Of a DNA stretch of 64,000 nucleotides, positions 1 to 11,179 are shown piece after piece. How positions within the stretch are numbered: the stretch's first letter is position 1; each line of letters opens with the position of its first letter. The position numbers and the translations under genes were made by a program. This DNA is from Spirulina sp. (GTDB lineage: Bacteria > Cyanobacteriota > Cyanobacteriia > Phormidesmidales > Phormidesmidaceae): assembly GCA_044070495.1 (NCBI GenBank), contig JBIPSI010000021.1, positions 1-64,000 of the forward strand, given 5' to 3'. Below the pieces are notes generated by a model. The model saw nothing but the letters and a program-made list of their open reading frames with translations, did not search any database and was not told where the DNA came from.

Positions 1-257
1 CCCCAAGGGCGAGGGGGGCCGGAAGGTGGTTCGGTTTTTTCTTACGGTTACGGTCTGCTTGGTTCCTGTGGTTGATCCCCCCTAGCCCCCCTTAAAAAGG
101 GGGGAATCGGATGTAAAGTCTCCCTTTCTACGAGGGGAATCAGATTCAAAGTCCCCCTTTCTAAGGGGGATTTAGGGGGATCCCCAAGGACTTGTGGCAT
201 GAAAACAAGGTGTGTATGAGCAATCATTTCACTGGGAGAGGGGCCGGGGGTGAGGGC
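1..257. repeat. Composite palindromic repeat/MITE-like element, truncated by window edge; 74-221 is an inverted copy of 2940-3088
   Basis: CCCCCTT..AAGGGGG hairpins; reverse complement of 74-221 aligns with 2940-3088; outer GGGAGAGGGGCCGGGGGTGAGGGC motif at 234-257. Confidence 0.8.
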
Positions 258-265
258 TCCGAGAA

Positions 266-2830
266 TTACACATCATCCAATGGCACCAAATCACGGACTT
301 GGGCGGCGGAATCTAGGTTGAGGGCTTGTTGGGCGAGTTCCTGGCAGTGGGGGTAGCTGAGGGTTCGCACCTGGGCCTTCACCGAGGGGATGACCGGGAT
401 GCTGACGCTGAGTTCTTTGACTCCTAGGCCGACGAGGAGGGGCACCGCCTGGGGATCCCCGGCCACGCCGCCGCAGACGCCGACCCATTTGCCATGTTTG
501 TCGGCTCCGCGCACGGTGAGGTCAATCATCCGCAGCACGCTGGGGTCGAGGGCATCGACGAAGGGGGCCAATTTGGGGTGGCCGCGATCCATGGCCAGGG
601 TGTATTGGGTCAGGTCGTTGGTGCCGATGGAGAAGAAATCCACCTGTTCGGCGAAGCGTTCGGCCATCACCGCCGCCGAGGGCACCTCGATCATGATGCC
701 AATTTCGATGGGGGGCACGCCCAGCTTTTGGCGCTCCTCTTCCATCACTGCCTTGGCCATGTGGAGTTCTTCTAGACGGGCAATCATCGGGAACATCACC
801 CGTGCCTTACCTGCCGTAGAAGCTTTGAGGATGGCGCGAAACTGAGTTCGCAGCAGTTCGGGACGGTCGAACCCCAGGCGAATGCCCCGTTCCCCTAGGA
901 AGGGATTTTCCTCGTGGGCCATGGGCAGATAGGGTAGGGGTTTGTCGCCCCCCACATCCAAGGTGCGGATGATCATGGGCTTATCTGGCCCCAGGGTTTT
1001 GAGAATGCTGGCGTAGATCACCTCCTGCTCGTCTTCGCTGGGGGCGGAACTGGCCTCCATAAAGACAAATTCCGTCCGCAGTAACCCGACCCCTTCGGTG
1101 CCGACCTTGAGGGCGGCTTCGGCATCCTCTAACCCGCCGATGTTGGCCACCACTTCGATGTGCCGTCCATCCTGAGTGTGGGCCAGGTCAAAGGCGTGGC
1201 GTAGGTCTTCCTCCTGCTTGGCCTTTTGGCGGGCGATCCGGGTTTGGATGGCCTCGATTTCAGTGGCGGTGGCATTGAGGCGCAGCTTGCCCCTGGTGCC
1301 GTCCAAAATCACCGGGGTGCCGTCGGGCAGATCCAGGGTGCGGGCCTCGATGCCAGCAATGGCAGGGATACCCATGGAACGGGCCAAAATCGCCACGTGG
1401 GAGGTGGCCCCTCCGGCGACGGTGCAGAACCCTTTGACGCGGCTGGGGTCGATGGTGGCCATGTCGGAGGGGGTGAGGTCTTCCGCCAGCAGGATGGTGT
1501 TTTCGGGATAGACCTGGGCTTCTTCTTGGACGCCTAGCAGAATGCGGAGAACCCGGTCGCCCACGTCCCGCAAATCATTGGCCCGTTCCGCCAGCAGTTC
1601 GTTTTTAAGCTGGGCGAGCTGGTTAGCCTGGGTGGTGTAGGTTTGCTGCCAAGCAAAGGCGGCACTTTTGCCCTTGTCGATGGCGCTGGTGGCGATGTCC
1701 GCCAGTTCCGGGTCGTCCAGCAATTCCTGGTGGGCGGAGAAAATCGCCGCCTTGCCGGGATCGCCCTGGCCATGCACCTTAGCCCGTAGGCTTTCGATTT
1801 CTAGCTCCGCCTGGGCCATGGCCTTCTCCAGCTTGCGGCGTTCGGCGTTGGGGCTGTCTCCGGTTTCGGGCACGTCCAATTCCTGGCGACGGGCGCGGAG
1901 GGTATTGCCCACCGCCAAGCCTGAGGAAGCCGCTACCCCCAAAATAATGTTCGGGTCATCGCTCTTGGGCCGGGGTGCCGGGGCAGACACTTCGGACTGG
2001 GCAATGCTGGCGGGGGCCGACATAATCGGCGTGGCTCCCTCTTCCCCCAGCCCGGTGCGGACGGCTTCCTCCAGTTCGGCAATGGCTTCCTCGGCATCGG
2101 CCCCAGATGCCTCTAGGGTCACGGTGTCTCCCCGCGCAATCTCCATCCCCATCAACCCCACCACGCTGCGAACATTGGCGCTGTCGCTGCCCCGGTGAAT
2201 GCGGATGGTGGACTGATACTTCTTCGCCAACTGGGCCAACACCGCCGAGGGCCGCGCATGGAGTCCCGATGGATTGGGAATGATGATGCCCTTCGACCGA
2301 ATCGTTATCCCAGCGGACTCATCGGCGGCAGCGGCGACTTCCGCCAAAACCAGGGTCAATACCGTATCCCTAGCGGCATTGGCGAACCCCACATTGGGCC
2401 GAAATTCCGCCACCCGCTCCCCATTCGTCACCACAATTTGGGTCAGTAGACTACGGGCCTTCTGGGCTACAAAGTCGGCATCAAACTCGATTAGGATGTC
2501 CCCAGTTTTCACCTGGTCGCCCACCTTCACCTTGGGAGTAAAGCCCTCCCCCTTCAGCGCCACCGTATCCAGGCCAATGTGCATCAAAATCTCGATGCCC
2601 TCGGCGGTTTTCACCGTGGCGGCATGGTTGGCGCTGTGGATTTGCACAATTTCCCCATCGCAGGGGGCCAACAGCGCCTGACTGGTGGGGTCGATGGAAA
2701 TGCCGTCGCCCACCATTTTTTGGGCAAAAACGGGGTCGGGCACGGTATCGATGGGCACCAACTGCCCAGACAGGGGAGCCACCAAAACCAGGGTTTTCGT
2801 TTTGGCAGGAGGGGCTTGCACAGTGGTCAT
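266..2830 (-). CDS. ptsP: Multiphosphoryl transfer protein, EIIA(Glc family)-HPr-Enzyme I fusion of the PTS
   Basis: EIIA DPVFAQKMVGDG..ILMHIGLDTV; HPr GLHARP; EI GGATSHVAILARS, RTLDVGGDK, EENPFLGERGIR, FSIGTNDLTQY. Start set at ATG 2830 because the longer ORF start runs into the repeat. Confidence 0.95.
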   Translation of the reverse strand: MTTVQAPPAKTKTLVLVAPLSGQLVPIDTVPDPVFAQKMVGDGISIDPTSQALLAPCDGEIVQIHSANHAATVKTAEGIEILMHIGLDTVALKGEGFTPKVKVGDQVKTGDILIEFDADFVAQKARSLLTQIVVTNGERVAEFRPNVGFANAARDTVLTLVLAEVAAAADESAGITIRSKGIIIPNPSGLHARPSAVLAQLAKKYQSTIRIHRGSDSANVRSVVGLMGMEIARGDTVTLEASGADAEEAIAELEEAVRTGLGEEGATPIMSAPASIAQSEVSAPAPRPKSDDPNIILGVAASSGLAVGNTLRARRQELDVPETGDSPNAERRKLEKAMAQAELEIESLRAKVHGQGDPGKAAIFSAHQELLDDPELADIATSAIDKGKSAAFAWQQTYTTQANQLAQLKNELLAERANDLRDVGDRVLRILLGVQEEAQVYPENTILLAEDLTPSDMATIDPSRVKGFCTVAGGATSHVAILARSMGIPAIAGIEARTLDLPDGTPVILDGTRGKLRLNATATEIEAIQTRIARQKAKQEEDLRHAFDLAHTQDGRHIEVVANIGGLEDAEAALKVGTEGVGLLRTEFVFMEASSAPSEDEQEVIYASILKTLGPDKPMIIRTLDVGGDKPLPYLPMAHEENPFLGERGIRLGFDRPELLRTQFRAILKASTAGKARVMFPMIARLEELHMAKAVMEEERQKLGVPPIEIGIMIEVPSAAVMAERFAEQVDFFSIGTNDLTQYTLAMDRGHPKLAPFVDALDPSVLRMIDLTVRGADKHGKWVGVCGGVAGDPQAVPLLVGLGVKELSVSIPVIPSVKAQVRTLSYPHCQELAQQALNLDSAAQVRDLVPLDDV

Positions 2831-2861
2831 AGCGGGTTTGAGTAGGGAGTTTCGGTGGATG

Positions 2862-3156
2862 GCCCTCACCCCCAGCCCCTCTCCCCGTGGGAGAGGGGGG
2901 CCGGAAGGTTGTTCAAAATTCGTCTCCCCAATAGCGACCGCTCATACACATCCTGTTTTCATGCCATAAGTCCTTGGAGATCCCCCTCAATCCCCCTTGA
3001 AAAGGGGGACTTTGATTCCGGTTCCCCCCTTACTCAAGGAGGACTTTGATTCCGGTTCCCCCCTTTTTAAGGGGGGCTAGGGGGGATCCACACAAAGAAC
3101 CAGTCCGCATAGAGACTTATGTATAAGCAGTAGCCCTAAGGGAGAAGGCGTTAGGG
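2862..3156. mobile_element. Non-autonomous MITE-like palindromic element (2935-3133) nested in a CCCTCACCCC..CTCTCCC/GGGAGA repeat
   Basis: Imperfect terminal inverted repeats CGACCGCTCATACAC (2935) and ATGTATAAGCAGTAG (3119-3133), 11/15 match; internal duplicated GGACTTTGATTCCGGTTCCCCCCTT; no coding capacity. Confidence 0.65.
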
Positions 3157-3342
3157 TACAGGCCAGTTCTGAATAGGGAGTTTAACTATCTAAAGTTATC
3201 CAGGTCTTAAAAATGTCGCCTTAGCAATCTAATGTTGCAATTGCCGGATGGTCGCCGCCTCTGCAACTCTCGCCCCGGTGTTTTAGAATCATCTAACCCG
3301 GACTCCCCCTTTGGCTCCCGACCTAGATTTTCATCGTTGCCC

Positions 3343-4407
3343 ATGGCCCCCTCCACCTCTTCCCTGCGCCCCACCGCCCCCGGCCCCTCCCCCTGGGACA
3401 AACTGGTGAACTGGGCCACCAGCGACACAACGCTTTACGTGGTCAAGCGCATTTTGCAGGCGTTGTTGACCTTGCTCCTAGCCTCGGCCCTAAGCTTTTT
3501 TGTGATTCAACTGGCACCGGGGAACTTTTTGGATCAGTACCGCCAAAGCCCTCAGTTTTCCGAGGAAACCCTAGCCCAGCTCGAAGCCCAGTTTGGCCTT
3601 AATCAACCCGTTTGGCGGCAATACCTCACCTGGCTCTACCAAGTCGTGTTCTTCGGCAACTTTGGCCTCAGCTTTGCCTACCAGCGCCCGGTGGTGGATA
3701 TTCTCTGGGAACGAGTGCCTAACACGCTGCTGCTGTCCTTTGCGTCATTTTTGGTGACCTGGGCCATCGCCATTCCCCTCGGCATTGTGGGGGCCGTCAA
3801 GCAAAACCAATGGCTAGACCGTGCCCTGCGGGTGCTGAGCTACATCGGCCAAGGGATGCCCACCATCATCACGGGCCTGCTGCTGCTATTTTTTGCCCAG
3901 CTCACCGCGCCCCTATTTCCCATCGGTGGACGCACCAGCATCATCCACGACGACCTCAACTGGTTTGGGCAAATCCTAGATGTGGGCTGGCACCTGATTC
4001 TGCCCACCATTGCCCTCAGCATCACCGGATTTGCGGGGCTGCAACGCATTACCCGTGGCCAAATGCTGGATGTGATGCGCCAAAACTACATCCAAACCGC
4101 CCGCGCCAAGGGGTTGCCGGAAGATCGGGTGATCTACGTCCACGCCCTTCGCAATGCCGTAAACCCCCTGATTACCCTGCTAGGATTCGAGTTCGCTAGT
4201 TTGCTAGGCGGCGCGTTTATTACCGAAAACTACTTCAACTGGCCCGGTTTGGGCAAGCTCATCCTAGAGGCCGTCACCGCCCAGGATCTCTACCTGGTGA
4301 TGGCCAGTCTGATGATGGGGGCCGTGATGCTGATCATCGGCAACCTCCTAGCCGACCTGGTGCTGAGCGTAGTGGATCCCCGCATTCGCTTGTCGGAGAT
4401 GAATTAA
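3343..4407 (+). CDS. Peptide/nickel ABC transporter permease (OppB/DppB family)
   Basis: YVVKRILQA N-terminus, GNFGLSF, EAA-type loop YIQTARAKGL..HALRNA, FNWPGLG, VDPRIR end; ATG 3343 is the likely start. Confidence 0.92.
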   Translation: MAPSTSSLRPTAPGPSPWDKLVNWATSDTTLYVVKRILQALLTLLLASALSFFVIQLAPGNFLDQYRQSPQFSEETLAQLEAQFGLNQPVWRQYLTWLYQVVFFGNFGLSFAYQRPVVDILWERVPNTLLLSFASFLVTWAIAIPLGIVGAVKQNQWLDRALRVLSYIGQGMPTIITGLLLLFFAQLTAPLFPIGGRTSIIHDDLNWFGQILDVGWHLILPTIALSITGFAGLQRITRGQMLDVMRQNYIQTARAKGLPEDRVIYVHALRNAVNPLITLLGFEFASLLGGAFITENYFNWPGLGKLILEAVTAQDLYLVMASLMMGAVMLIIGNLLADLVLSVVDPRIRLSEMN

Positions 4408-4459
4408 GGGCCTGGTCGGCGGCGAATCATCTGGGTGGAGAGGATCCAAGGCTATGGCC

Positions 4460-4657
4460 TTAGTTCTGGCCCCACCCTAGCCACTGTTGTAGTTGATCCC
4501 AAAGGGCGGCAGGTTCTACGCCCCATAGGACGTACAGGGCGGTGAGCAAAAAGGCCACCAGCAGAATGGTTTTGACGGTGTTTTTAATGAGCTTAAACAC
4601 CCACCCCACAATCAGCAGGGCAAGGATGATGGCTCCCAGAACGATAATCCAATCCAT
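4460..4657 (-). CDS. Small membrane protein with two predicted TM helices
   Basis: 65-aa ORF with ATG start, two hydrophobic segments, codirectional after dxr. Confidence 0.7.
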   Translation of the reverse strand: MDWIIVLGAIILALLIVGWVFKLIKNTVKTILLVAFLLTALYVLWGVEPAALWDQLQQWLGWGQN

Positions 4658-4747
4658 AGGATTGCTTTCCTAGCGTCGTTTCAGTATGCCAAGCTTTCAG
4701 ACGCCTTGCCCACCGCCTGATGGCCATAAGTGTAGTGAAAAATCAGT

Positions 4748-5938
4748 CTAGTGAGAGACAACCGTGGTTCTGGAGAGGGATTGGCTGACGCTGAGGACTT
4801 CGGCCCTAGCCCATTGGTCGGCAGCGAGGATATCGGCCAAGACGGGTTGGGTGACGTTGTGGGACTGGTGTCGCTCGCAAACGCCTTCGATGACCTTAGG
4901 GATGTCGAGGAAGCGGATTTTTTCGTCTAGAAACAGGGCGACGGCCTGCTCGTTGGCGGCGTTGAGCACGGCGGTCATGGTGCCCCCGGCCCGTCCGGCG
5001 GCGTAGGCCAGTTCCATGCAGGGATATTTGGCATGGTCGGGTTCGCGGAAGGTGAGGTTGCCCGCCTTCACCAAATCCAGCGGTTCCCAGTCGGTGTAGA
5101 TGCGCTCTGGCCAGGAGAGGGCGTAGAGCAGGGGCAGACGCATATCCGGCCAGCCGAGCTGGGCCAGCACCGAGGTATCTTGCAGCTCAATCAGCGAATG
5201 AATAATGCTCTGGGGATGGATGACGATATCGATGTGGTCGTAGTCCATGCCGAAGAGATAGTGGGCTTCGATGACTTCCAGACCCTTGTTCATCAGGGTG
5301 GCAGAATCGACGGTGATCTTGCGCCCCATCGACCAGTTGGGATGCTTGAGGGCATCGGCCACGGTGACTTGGCTAAGCTTTTCCACGGGCCAATCCCGGA
5401 AAGCCCCGCCGGAAGCAGTGAGCAAAATACGTCGCAGCCCCCCCTGGGGCACCCCCTGCAAACACTGAAAAATCGCGGAGTGCTCCGAGTCGGCGGGCAG
5501 CAGTTTCACCCCGTGCTTTTCCACTAGGGGCAGCACCGCTGGGCCTCCGGCAATCAGGGTTTCCTTGTTGGCTAGAGCGATGTCTTTGCCCGCTTCAATG
5601 GCCGCCAGGGTAGGCAACAATCCCGCACAGCCCACAATTCCGGTGACGACGGCCTCGGCATCGCCGTAGCGGGCCACTTCCACCACGCCCTCTTCCCCGG
5701 CCAGAATTTGGGGCATGGGGTCTAGCCCCGCCAGCGCCTCCCGCAGTTCGCCCACCCGCTCGGCATTGCAGATGGCAACGATTTCGGGTCGAAACTGCCG
5801 CACCTGCTGGGCCAACAGCTCCACATTGTTCCCCGCCGCAATCCCCACCAGGCGAAATTGGTCGGGGTGATGCTCCAGAATATCCAAGGTCTGGGTACCA
5901 ATCGACCCGGTCGATCCAAGCAGGGTAATGGCTTTCAC
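4748..5938 (-). CDS. dxr: 1-deoxy-D-xylulose-5-phosphate reductoisomerase
   Basis: [48 protein letters not shown]. Confidence 0.98.
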   Translation of the reverse strand: MKAITLLGSTGSIGTQTLDILEHHPDQFRLVGIAAGNNVELLAQQVRQFRPEIVAICNAERVGELREALAGLDPMPQILAGEEGVVEVARYGDAEAVVTGIVGCAGLLPTLAAIEAGKDIALANKETLIAGGPAVLPLVEKHGVKLLPADSEHSAIFQCLQGVPQGGLRRILLTASGGAFRDWPVEKLSQVTVADALKHPNWSMGRKITVDSATLMNKGLEVIEAHYLFGMDYDHIDIVIHPQSIIHSLIELQDTSVLAQLGWPDMRLPLLYALSWPERIYTDWEPLDLVKAGNLTFREPDHAKYPCMELAYAAGRAGGTMTAVLNAANEQAVALFLDEKIRFLDIPKVIEGVCERHQSHNVTQPVLADILAADQWARAEVLSVSQSLSRTTVVSH

Positions 5939-6022
5939 AGGCGTCCTCAGGGCTAGGTGGGCGATGACTCTAGAATCTCATGTTGCGGGCTCACGGTGTA
6001 CCCCGATGCGATCCCTGGGAGA

Positions 6023-7294
6023 TTAATCCTCATCGTCGAAAATACCCCGGAAAAATTCCAGGGTGTCCTTGAGGGCAGCGATAAAGGTATCGATTTCAGC
6101 CTTGGTGTTGTAGAAATAGAGGCTGGCGCGAGCGGTGGAATCGACCCCCAGCAAACGGTGCAAGGGCTGGGTGCAGTGGTGACCAGACCGAATGGCGATA
6201 CCCGATTGATCCAGCAGCGTCGCTAAATCCTGGGCATGGACTCCGTCAATCGTAAAGGTCGCCAGGGCGGCCCGACCGCTGCCGTCAGCCTTGGGATTGG
6301 GGCCATAGAGCTTGATTTCGGGGATGGCCTGGATTTGCTTGTAGAGGTAGGCGGTCAGGTCGTGCTCGTAGGCGGCGATGTTGTCCATGCCCACGGAGGA
6401 CAGGTAATCCACCGCTGCACCGAGGGCAATGGCTTCGGCAATGGCTGGGGTGCCTGCTTCAAACTTGTGGGGCAGGTCGGCGTAGGTGGAATGGTCGAAG
6501 TACACATCGGCAATCATTTCCCCGCCGCCCAGGAAGGGGGGCATTTCCTGAAGCAGGGCCAGTTTGCCGTACAAAAAGCCGATGCCCGTTGGGCCACACA
6601 TCTTATGGCCAGAGGCCACAAACCAGTCGCAGTCCATCGCCTGCATATTGAGGGGCAGGTGGGGGGCACTCTGGCAACCGTCGATCAGCACCTTGGCTCC
6701 GTGGCGGTGGGCCAGGGCAATGATGTCTTCCACCGGGTTAATGCAGCCTAGGGCGTTGGAAACATGCCCCACTGCCACCAGCCGGGTTTTGTCGCTCACC
6801 AGGGATCGGTACTGGTCTAGGTCGAATTCTTGGCTGTCCGTCAGCCCCACAAACTTAAGGACGGCCCCAGTGCGCTGGGCCACAAACTGCCAGGGCACCA
6901 GGTTGCTGTGATGCTCCATCACCGAGAGGATGATTTCATCCCCCGCCTTCAGGGCGCTCATCCCCCAAGAGTAAGCGACGAGGTTAATGGCCTCGCTGGC
7001 GTTACGGGTAAAGACAATTTCGTCCCGACTGGCGGCGTTGATGAAGGCCGCCACCTTATCCCGCGCCCCCTCGTAGGCATCTGTGGCCCGCGCACTGAGG
7101 GCATGGATGCCCCGGTGAACGTTGGCGTTATCCAGTTGGTAATAGTGGTTCAACGCCTCCAGCACCGCCCTCGGCTTTTGGGACGTGGCCGCATTATCGA
7201 GATACACCAGCGGATGGTCATTCACCTCCTGATGCAGAATCGGGAAGTCGGCACAAACCTTAGCAGCCAGGGACAGTTCTTGGGCGACGGTCAT
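6023..7294 (-). CDS. sufS: Cysteine desulfurase SufS
   Basis: [21 protein letters not shown] (PLP lysine), RSGHHC; suf operon context. Confidence 0.97.
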   Translation of the reverse strand: MTVAQELSLAAKVCADFPILHQEVNDHPLVYLDNAATSQKPRAVLEALNHYYQLDNANVHRGIHALSARATDAYEGARDKVAAFINAASRDEIVFTRNASEAINLVAYSWGMSALKAGDEIILSVMEHHSNLVPWQFVAQRTGAVLKFVGLTDSQEFDLDQYRSLVSDKTRLVAVGHVSNALGCINPVEDIIALAHRHGAKVLIDGCQSAPHLPLNMQAMDCDWFVASGHKMCGPTGIGFLYGKLALLQEMPPFLGGGEMIADVYFDHSTYADLPHKFEAGTPAIAEAIALGAAVDYLSSVGMDNIAAYEHDLTAYLYKQIQAIPEIKLYGPNPKADGSGRAALATFTIDGVHAQDLATLLDQSGIAIRSGHHCTQPLHRLLGVDSTARASLYFYNTKAEIDTFIAALKDTLEFFRGIFDDED

Positions 7295-7340
7295 GGGAGG
7301 GCGGGGGGTGGGTGGATATGAATCTGGGGTTGGGGCCGAG

Positions 7341-7369
7341 GTTGGGGCGCACCGCCGTGCGCCCGTACG
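7341..7369. repeat. REP-like palindrome
   Basis: GGGCGCAC-cgcc-GTGCGCCC stem between sufD and sufS. Confidence 0.55.
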
Positions 7370-7386
7370 GGGGATCGAGGCTTAAG

Positions 7387-8733
7387 CTACGTCCATTGGG
7401 TAATCCGTTTGGCCAAGGTGGCTCGCAATGATTCTAATGGGATCCGTTCTAGGATTTCCATGGCAAAGGCGTAGATCAGCAGCCGCTGGGCCTGGGGGGC
7501 GCTGATGCCACGGCTTTGCAGATAGAAAATCTCGTCGGCCTGAAGCTGGCTGATGGTGGCTCCGTGGGCGCATTTCACATCGTCGGCCACAATTTCGAGC
7601 TGGGGCTTGGTGTCTACCCTGGCCTTGTCCGACAACAGCAGGTTGCGATTGAGCTGGCTGGCACTGGTCTGCTGGGCTTTTTGGGCCACCACCATGCGCC
7701 CGTTAAAGACGCTGTGGGCTTTGCCGTCCACAATGGCCTTGTGCTGTTGCTCCACGGTGCCGTGGGGATGGCTGAGGGCCACCAAACTATGGGTGTCGGC
7801 GTGTTGGCTGTCGGTGATGGCCCCTAGTCCATAAAGCTTGGTGGTGGTTTGCTCGCCGGTTTGGTAGGTTTCCCAGTTGTGGCGGGCGAGCTTGGCCCCA
7901 AAGCAAACCTCGGTGCCGATGTATTGGCTATCGCGGGCCTGGGTAATCACGGTTTTGCCGATGTGGTAGGTGCCTGCGCCCTCCCGCTGGATGCGGCTGT
8001 GGGTAAGCTGAGCGTTGGCCTCTAGCCACAGTTCGGTAACGGCATTGGTGAGGCGCACCTCGTCGCCTGTGCCCCAAAAGTCTTCCACCAGGGTCAGCGC
8101 ACTGCCCGTTTCCGCCACCACCAGGCAGCGGGGTTGCACCAGGGTGTCTTGGCCTTGGTGGACGTAGAGAATTTGTACCGGAGTATCGATGACCACGTTG
8201 CGAGGCAGGTAAATCACCACCGCATCCTGAAACCCGACGGTATTTAGCGCCGTGAACACCTCATGGCCGCCGCTGGCTTGGCCCAGGCGATGCTGCAATT
8301 TAGCCATCAGGTCAGCGTTTTGGCTCAGTAGTTGCAGGCTGCCGACCGTTGCGCCCTCCGGCAGTTGCTCCAACTGGGACAGCTTGGCATCAAAGACACC
8401 ATTCACCACCACAATCTGCGCCCCGGTGGTTTCGGGTAGGCGCAGGGGATTGATAGCCGTTTCCGTGACGGTCGAGGATTCCGCTGCGGCCAAGGTGACG
8501 GATAGCAACCCCGACAGATCGGTGAAACGCCAGTCTTCCTGGCGCGTGGAGGGGAAGGTTTCTTCCTTGAGCAGAGCTTCGGCGCGGGTGCGGAGGTCGG
8601 CTAAGGCTAGGTCGGCGGGAACGGCAGCTTTGGCGGTGGCGATCAGGATTTTAAGGTAAGCATCCCGTTGCTCGGTCAGACTGGCGGAGGTAGGGATACT
8701 CAGGGTTGCGTTGAGATCAGAAGAGTTTGCCAT
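7387..8733 (-). CDS. sufD: Fe-S cluster assembly protein SufD
   Basis: EDWRFTDL, KPQLEIVADDVKCAHGATI, FYLQSRGI; ATG 8733 overlaps the sufC stop. Confidence 0.95.
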   Translation of the reverse strand: MANSSDLNATLSIPTSASLTEQRDAYLKILIATAKAAVPADLALADLRTRAEALLKEETFPSTRQEDWRFTDLSGLLSVTLAAAESSTVTETAINPLRLPETTGAQIVVVNGVFDAKLSQLEQLPEGATVGSLQLLSQNADLMAKLQHRLGQASGGHEVFTALNTVGFQDAVVIYLPRNVVIDTPVQILYVHQGQDTLVQPRCLVVAETGSALTLVEDFWGTGDEVRLTNAVTELWLEANAQLTHSRIQREGAGTYHIGKTVITQARDSQYIGTEVCFGAKLARHNWETYQTGEQTTTKLYGLGAITDSQHADTHSLVALSHPHGTVEQQHKAIVDGKAHSVFNGRMVVAQKAQQTSASQLNRNLLLSDKARVDTKPQLEIVADDVKCAHGATISQLQADEIFYLQSRGISAPQAQRLLIYAFAMEILERIPLESLRATLAKRITQWT

Positions 8734-9521
8734 TACGCTACAGCCTCCGCACGATGTTCGGCCAAAATCCACTCATAACCGCGAGATTCTAATTCTAGGG
8801 CCAGTTCCTTACCACCCGTGGTGATGATGCGGCCCTCAGCCATCACATGAACGTAGTCGGGCACGATGTAGTCCAGCAGCCGTTGGTAGTGGGTAATCAG
8901 CACCACAGCGTTGTCAGGGGTGGTGAGTTGGTTCACCCCGTTAGCGACGATTTTTAGAGCGTCGATGTCCAGGCCAGAATCGGTTTCGTCCAGGATTGAG
9001 AGGGCTGGATCGAGTAGGGCCATTTGCAGGATTTCGTTGCGCTTTTTCTCGCCGCCGGAGAAGCCTTCGTTAACGCTGCGGTCTAGGAAGGAGGCATCCA
9101 TTTTGACGACCCCCAGCCGTTCCTCCAGCAGGTCATCGAAGTCAAACACATCGATTTCCTCTTCGCCCCTAGCTTTGCGGTGAGCATTGTAGGCGACCCG
9201 CAAAAAGTCGCGGTTGCTCACCCCAGGAATTTCGAGGGGGTACTGAAAGGCCAAAAACACCCCAGCGGTGGCGCGTTCGTGGGGTTCTAGTTCTAGGATA
9301 TTTTCGCCCTTGAAACTTACTTCCCCAGCGGTGACTTCGTAGTCGGGATGCCCCGCCAACACCTTAGAAAAAGTGCTCTTACCGGAACCATTGAGGCCCA
9401 TGATGGCATGGATTTCCCCAGCCTTTACCTCCAGGTTCAAGCCCTTGAGAATTTCGGTACCGTCCACAGTGGCATGGAGGTTTTTGACGGAAAGAATGAT
9501 CTCGCTGTTTTCGTTAATCAT
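8733..9521 (-). CDS. sufC: Fe-S cluster assembly ATPase SufC
   Basis: [36 protein letters not shown]. Confidence 0.98.
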   Translation of the reverse strand: MINENSEIILSVKNLHATVDGTEILKGLNLEVKAGEIHAIMGLNGSGKSTFSKVLAGHPDYEVTAGEVSFKGENILELEPHERATAGVFLAFQYPLEIPGVSNRDFLRVAYNAHRKARGEEEIDVFDFDDLLEERLGVVKMDASFLDRSVNEGFSGGEKKRNEILQMALLDPALSILDETDSGLDIDALKIVANGVNQLTTPDNAVVLITHYQRLLDYIVPDYVHVMAEGRIITTGGKELALELESRGYEWILAEHRAEAVA

Positions 9522-9587
9522 GGTGTTGGGGTGGTTGGCAATATCCGGTAAGCTTCAGGGCAAAAATAATTGGCAATATCATCGATT

Positions 9588-9666
9588 CGTAGGGTGCATT
9601 CGCGAAGCAATGCACCATCCCCGGTGTTTTCTCGACAGGGGAATGGTGGGCAGTGCCCACCCTACG
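9588..9666. repeat. REPIN-like pair of inverted REP palindromes
   Basis: CGTAGGGTGCATT..AATGCACC followed by GGTGGGCAGTGCCCACCCTACG; GTAG/CTAC ends. Confidence 0.7.
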
Positions 9667-9668
9667 GT

Positions 9669-11105
9669 TTAGCCGACAGTGTTTTCGAGTTTGAGGGCGA
9701 GGAGTTTATCGGCTTCGGCGGCGAATTCCATCGGCAGTTTGTTGAACACGTCGCGACAGAAGCCGCTGATGATCATCGACACCGCATCTTCGGGGGAAAT
9801 GCCGCGCTGGGCGAAGTAGAAGAGTTGGTCTTCCCCAATTTTGGAGGTGGAGGCTTCGTGTTCTACCTGGGCGGTGCTGTTTTGCACCTGGATGTAGGGG
9901 AAGGTGTTGGCGCTGGAGGTGTCGCCGATCAGCATGGAGTCGCACTGGGAGTAGTTGCGGGCACCTTCGGCCTTGGGGCCAATTTTCACCAGGCCGCGAT
10001 AGCTATTTTTGGATTTGGCGGCGGAAATCCCCTTAGAAACGATGGTGCTCTTGGTGTTTTTGCCCACATGCACCATTTTGGTTCCGGTATCGGCCTGCTG
10101 CATATTGTTGGTAAGGGCCACGGAGTAGAACTCGCCGACGGAGTTGTCGCCCACTAGGACGCAACTGGGGTATTTCCAGGTGATGGCGGAACCCGTTTCC
10201 ACCTGAGTCCAGGAAATTTTGGAATTCTTCCCGGCGCAGAGGCCGCGTTTAGTAACGAAGTTGTAGATACCGCCCTTGCCGTTTTCGTCTCCGGCAAACC
10301 AGTTTTGCACCGTCGAATAGTTGATGGTGGCATCGTCGAGGGCGACCAGTTCCACGATGGCGGCATGGAGTTGATTGCTGTCGTACATGGGGGCGGTGCA
10401 GCCTTCCAAATAGGTCACCGAACTGCCGGATTCCGCTACGATCAGCGTGCGCTCGAATTGGCCAGAGTCGCCGTTGTTGATGCGGAAGTAGGTGGACAAG
10501 TCCATCGGGCAGACGGTGTCCTTGGGAATATAGACAAAGGATCCGTCGCTAAACACCGCTGAGTTTAAGGCGGCAAAGTAGTTGTCGCCGATGGGCACCA
10601 CGCTACCGAGGTACTTTTCCACCAGTTCCGGGTGCTCCTGGACGGCCTCGGAGATGGAACAGAAAATCACCCCCACCTCCGCCAGCTTTTCCTTGAAGGT
10701 GGTCGCCACGGAGACGCTATCAAAAATGGCATCCACCGCCACGTTGGCCAAGCGCTTTTGCTCGGAGAGGGGAATGCCCAGCTTCTCGAAGGTGTCTAGC
10801 AGGGTAGGGTCTACCTCATCTAGGCTGCCCTTTTTCTCTTTAACCTTGGGAGCCGAGTAGTAAATGATGTTCTGGTAGTCGATGGGCGGATAGCTGACGT
10901 TGGGCCACAGGGGTTCCTGCATGGTCAGCCATTTGCGGTAGGCCTTGAGGCGAAACTCCAGCATGAATTCCGGCTCGTTTTTCTTGGCGGAAATCAGCCG
11001 CACCACGTCCTCACTGAGGCCACGGGGAATGACATCGGCCTCGATGTCGGTGGTGAACCCATACTTGTAGGGCTGGCTAACGAGGGACTGAACAGAAGCA
11101 CTCAT
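9669..11105 (-). CDS. sufB: Fe-S cluster assembly protein SufB
   Basis: [48 protein letters not shown] 11105 (longer ORF overlaps ftrC). Confidence 0.98.
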   Translation of the reverse strand: MSASVQSLVSQPYKYGFTTDIEADVIPRGLSEDVVRLISAKKNEPEFMLEFRLKAYRKWLTMQEPLWPNVSYPPIDYQNIIYYSAPKVKEKKGSLDEVDPTLLDTFEKLGIPLSEQKRLANVAVDAIFDSVSVATTFKEKLAEVGVIFCSISEAVQEHPELVEKYLGSVVPIGDNYFAALNSAVFSDGSFVYIPKDTVCPMDLSTYFRINNGDSGQFERTLIVAESGSSVTYLEGCTAPMYDSNQLHAAIVELVALDDATINYSTVQNWFAGDENGKGGIYNFVTKRGLCAGKNSKISWTQVETGSAITWKYPSCVLVGDNSVGEFYSVALTNNMQQADTGTKMVHVGKNTKSTIVSKGISAAKSKNSYRGLVKIGPKAEGARNYSQCDSMLIGDTSSANTFPYIQVQNSTAQVEHEASTSKIGEDQLFYFAQRGISPEDAVSMIISGFCRDVFNKLPMEFAAEADKLLALKLENTVG

Positions 11106-11179
11106 AGACTCGACTCTCTGGACGGCGGCTCGGTCAACGGGGATTAGGCTTACTGAGATTAGGCTGGCGGAGACTGGGC

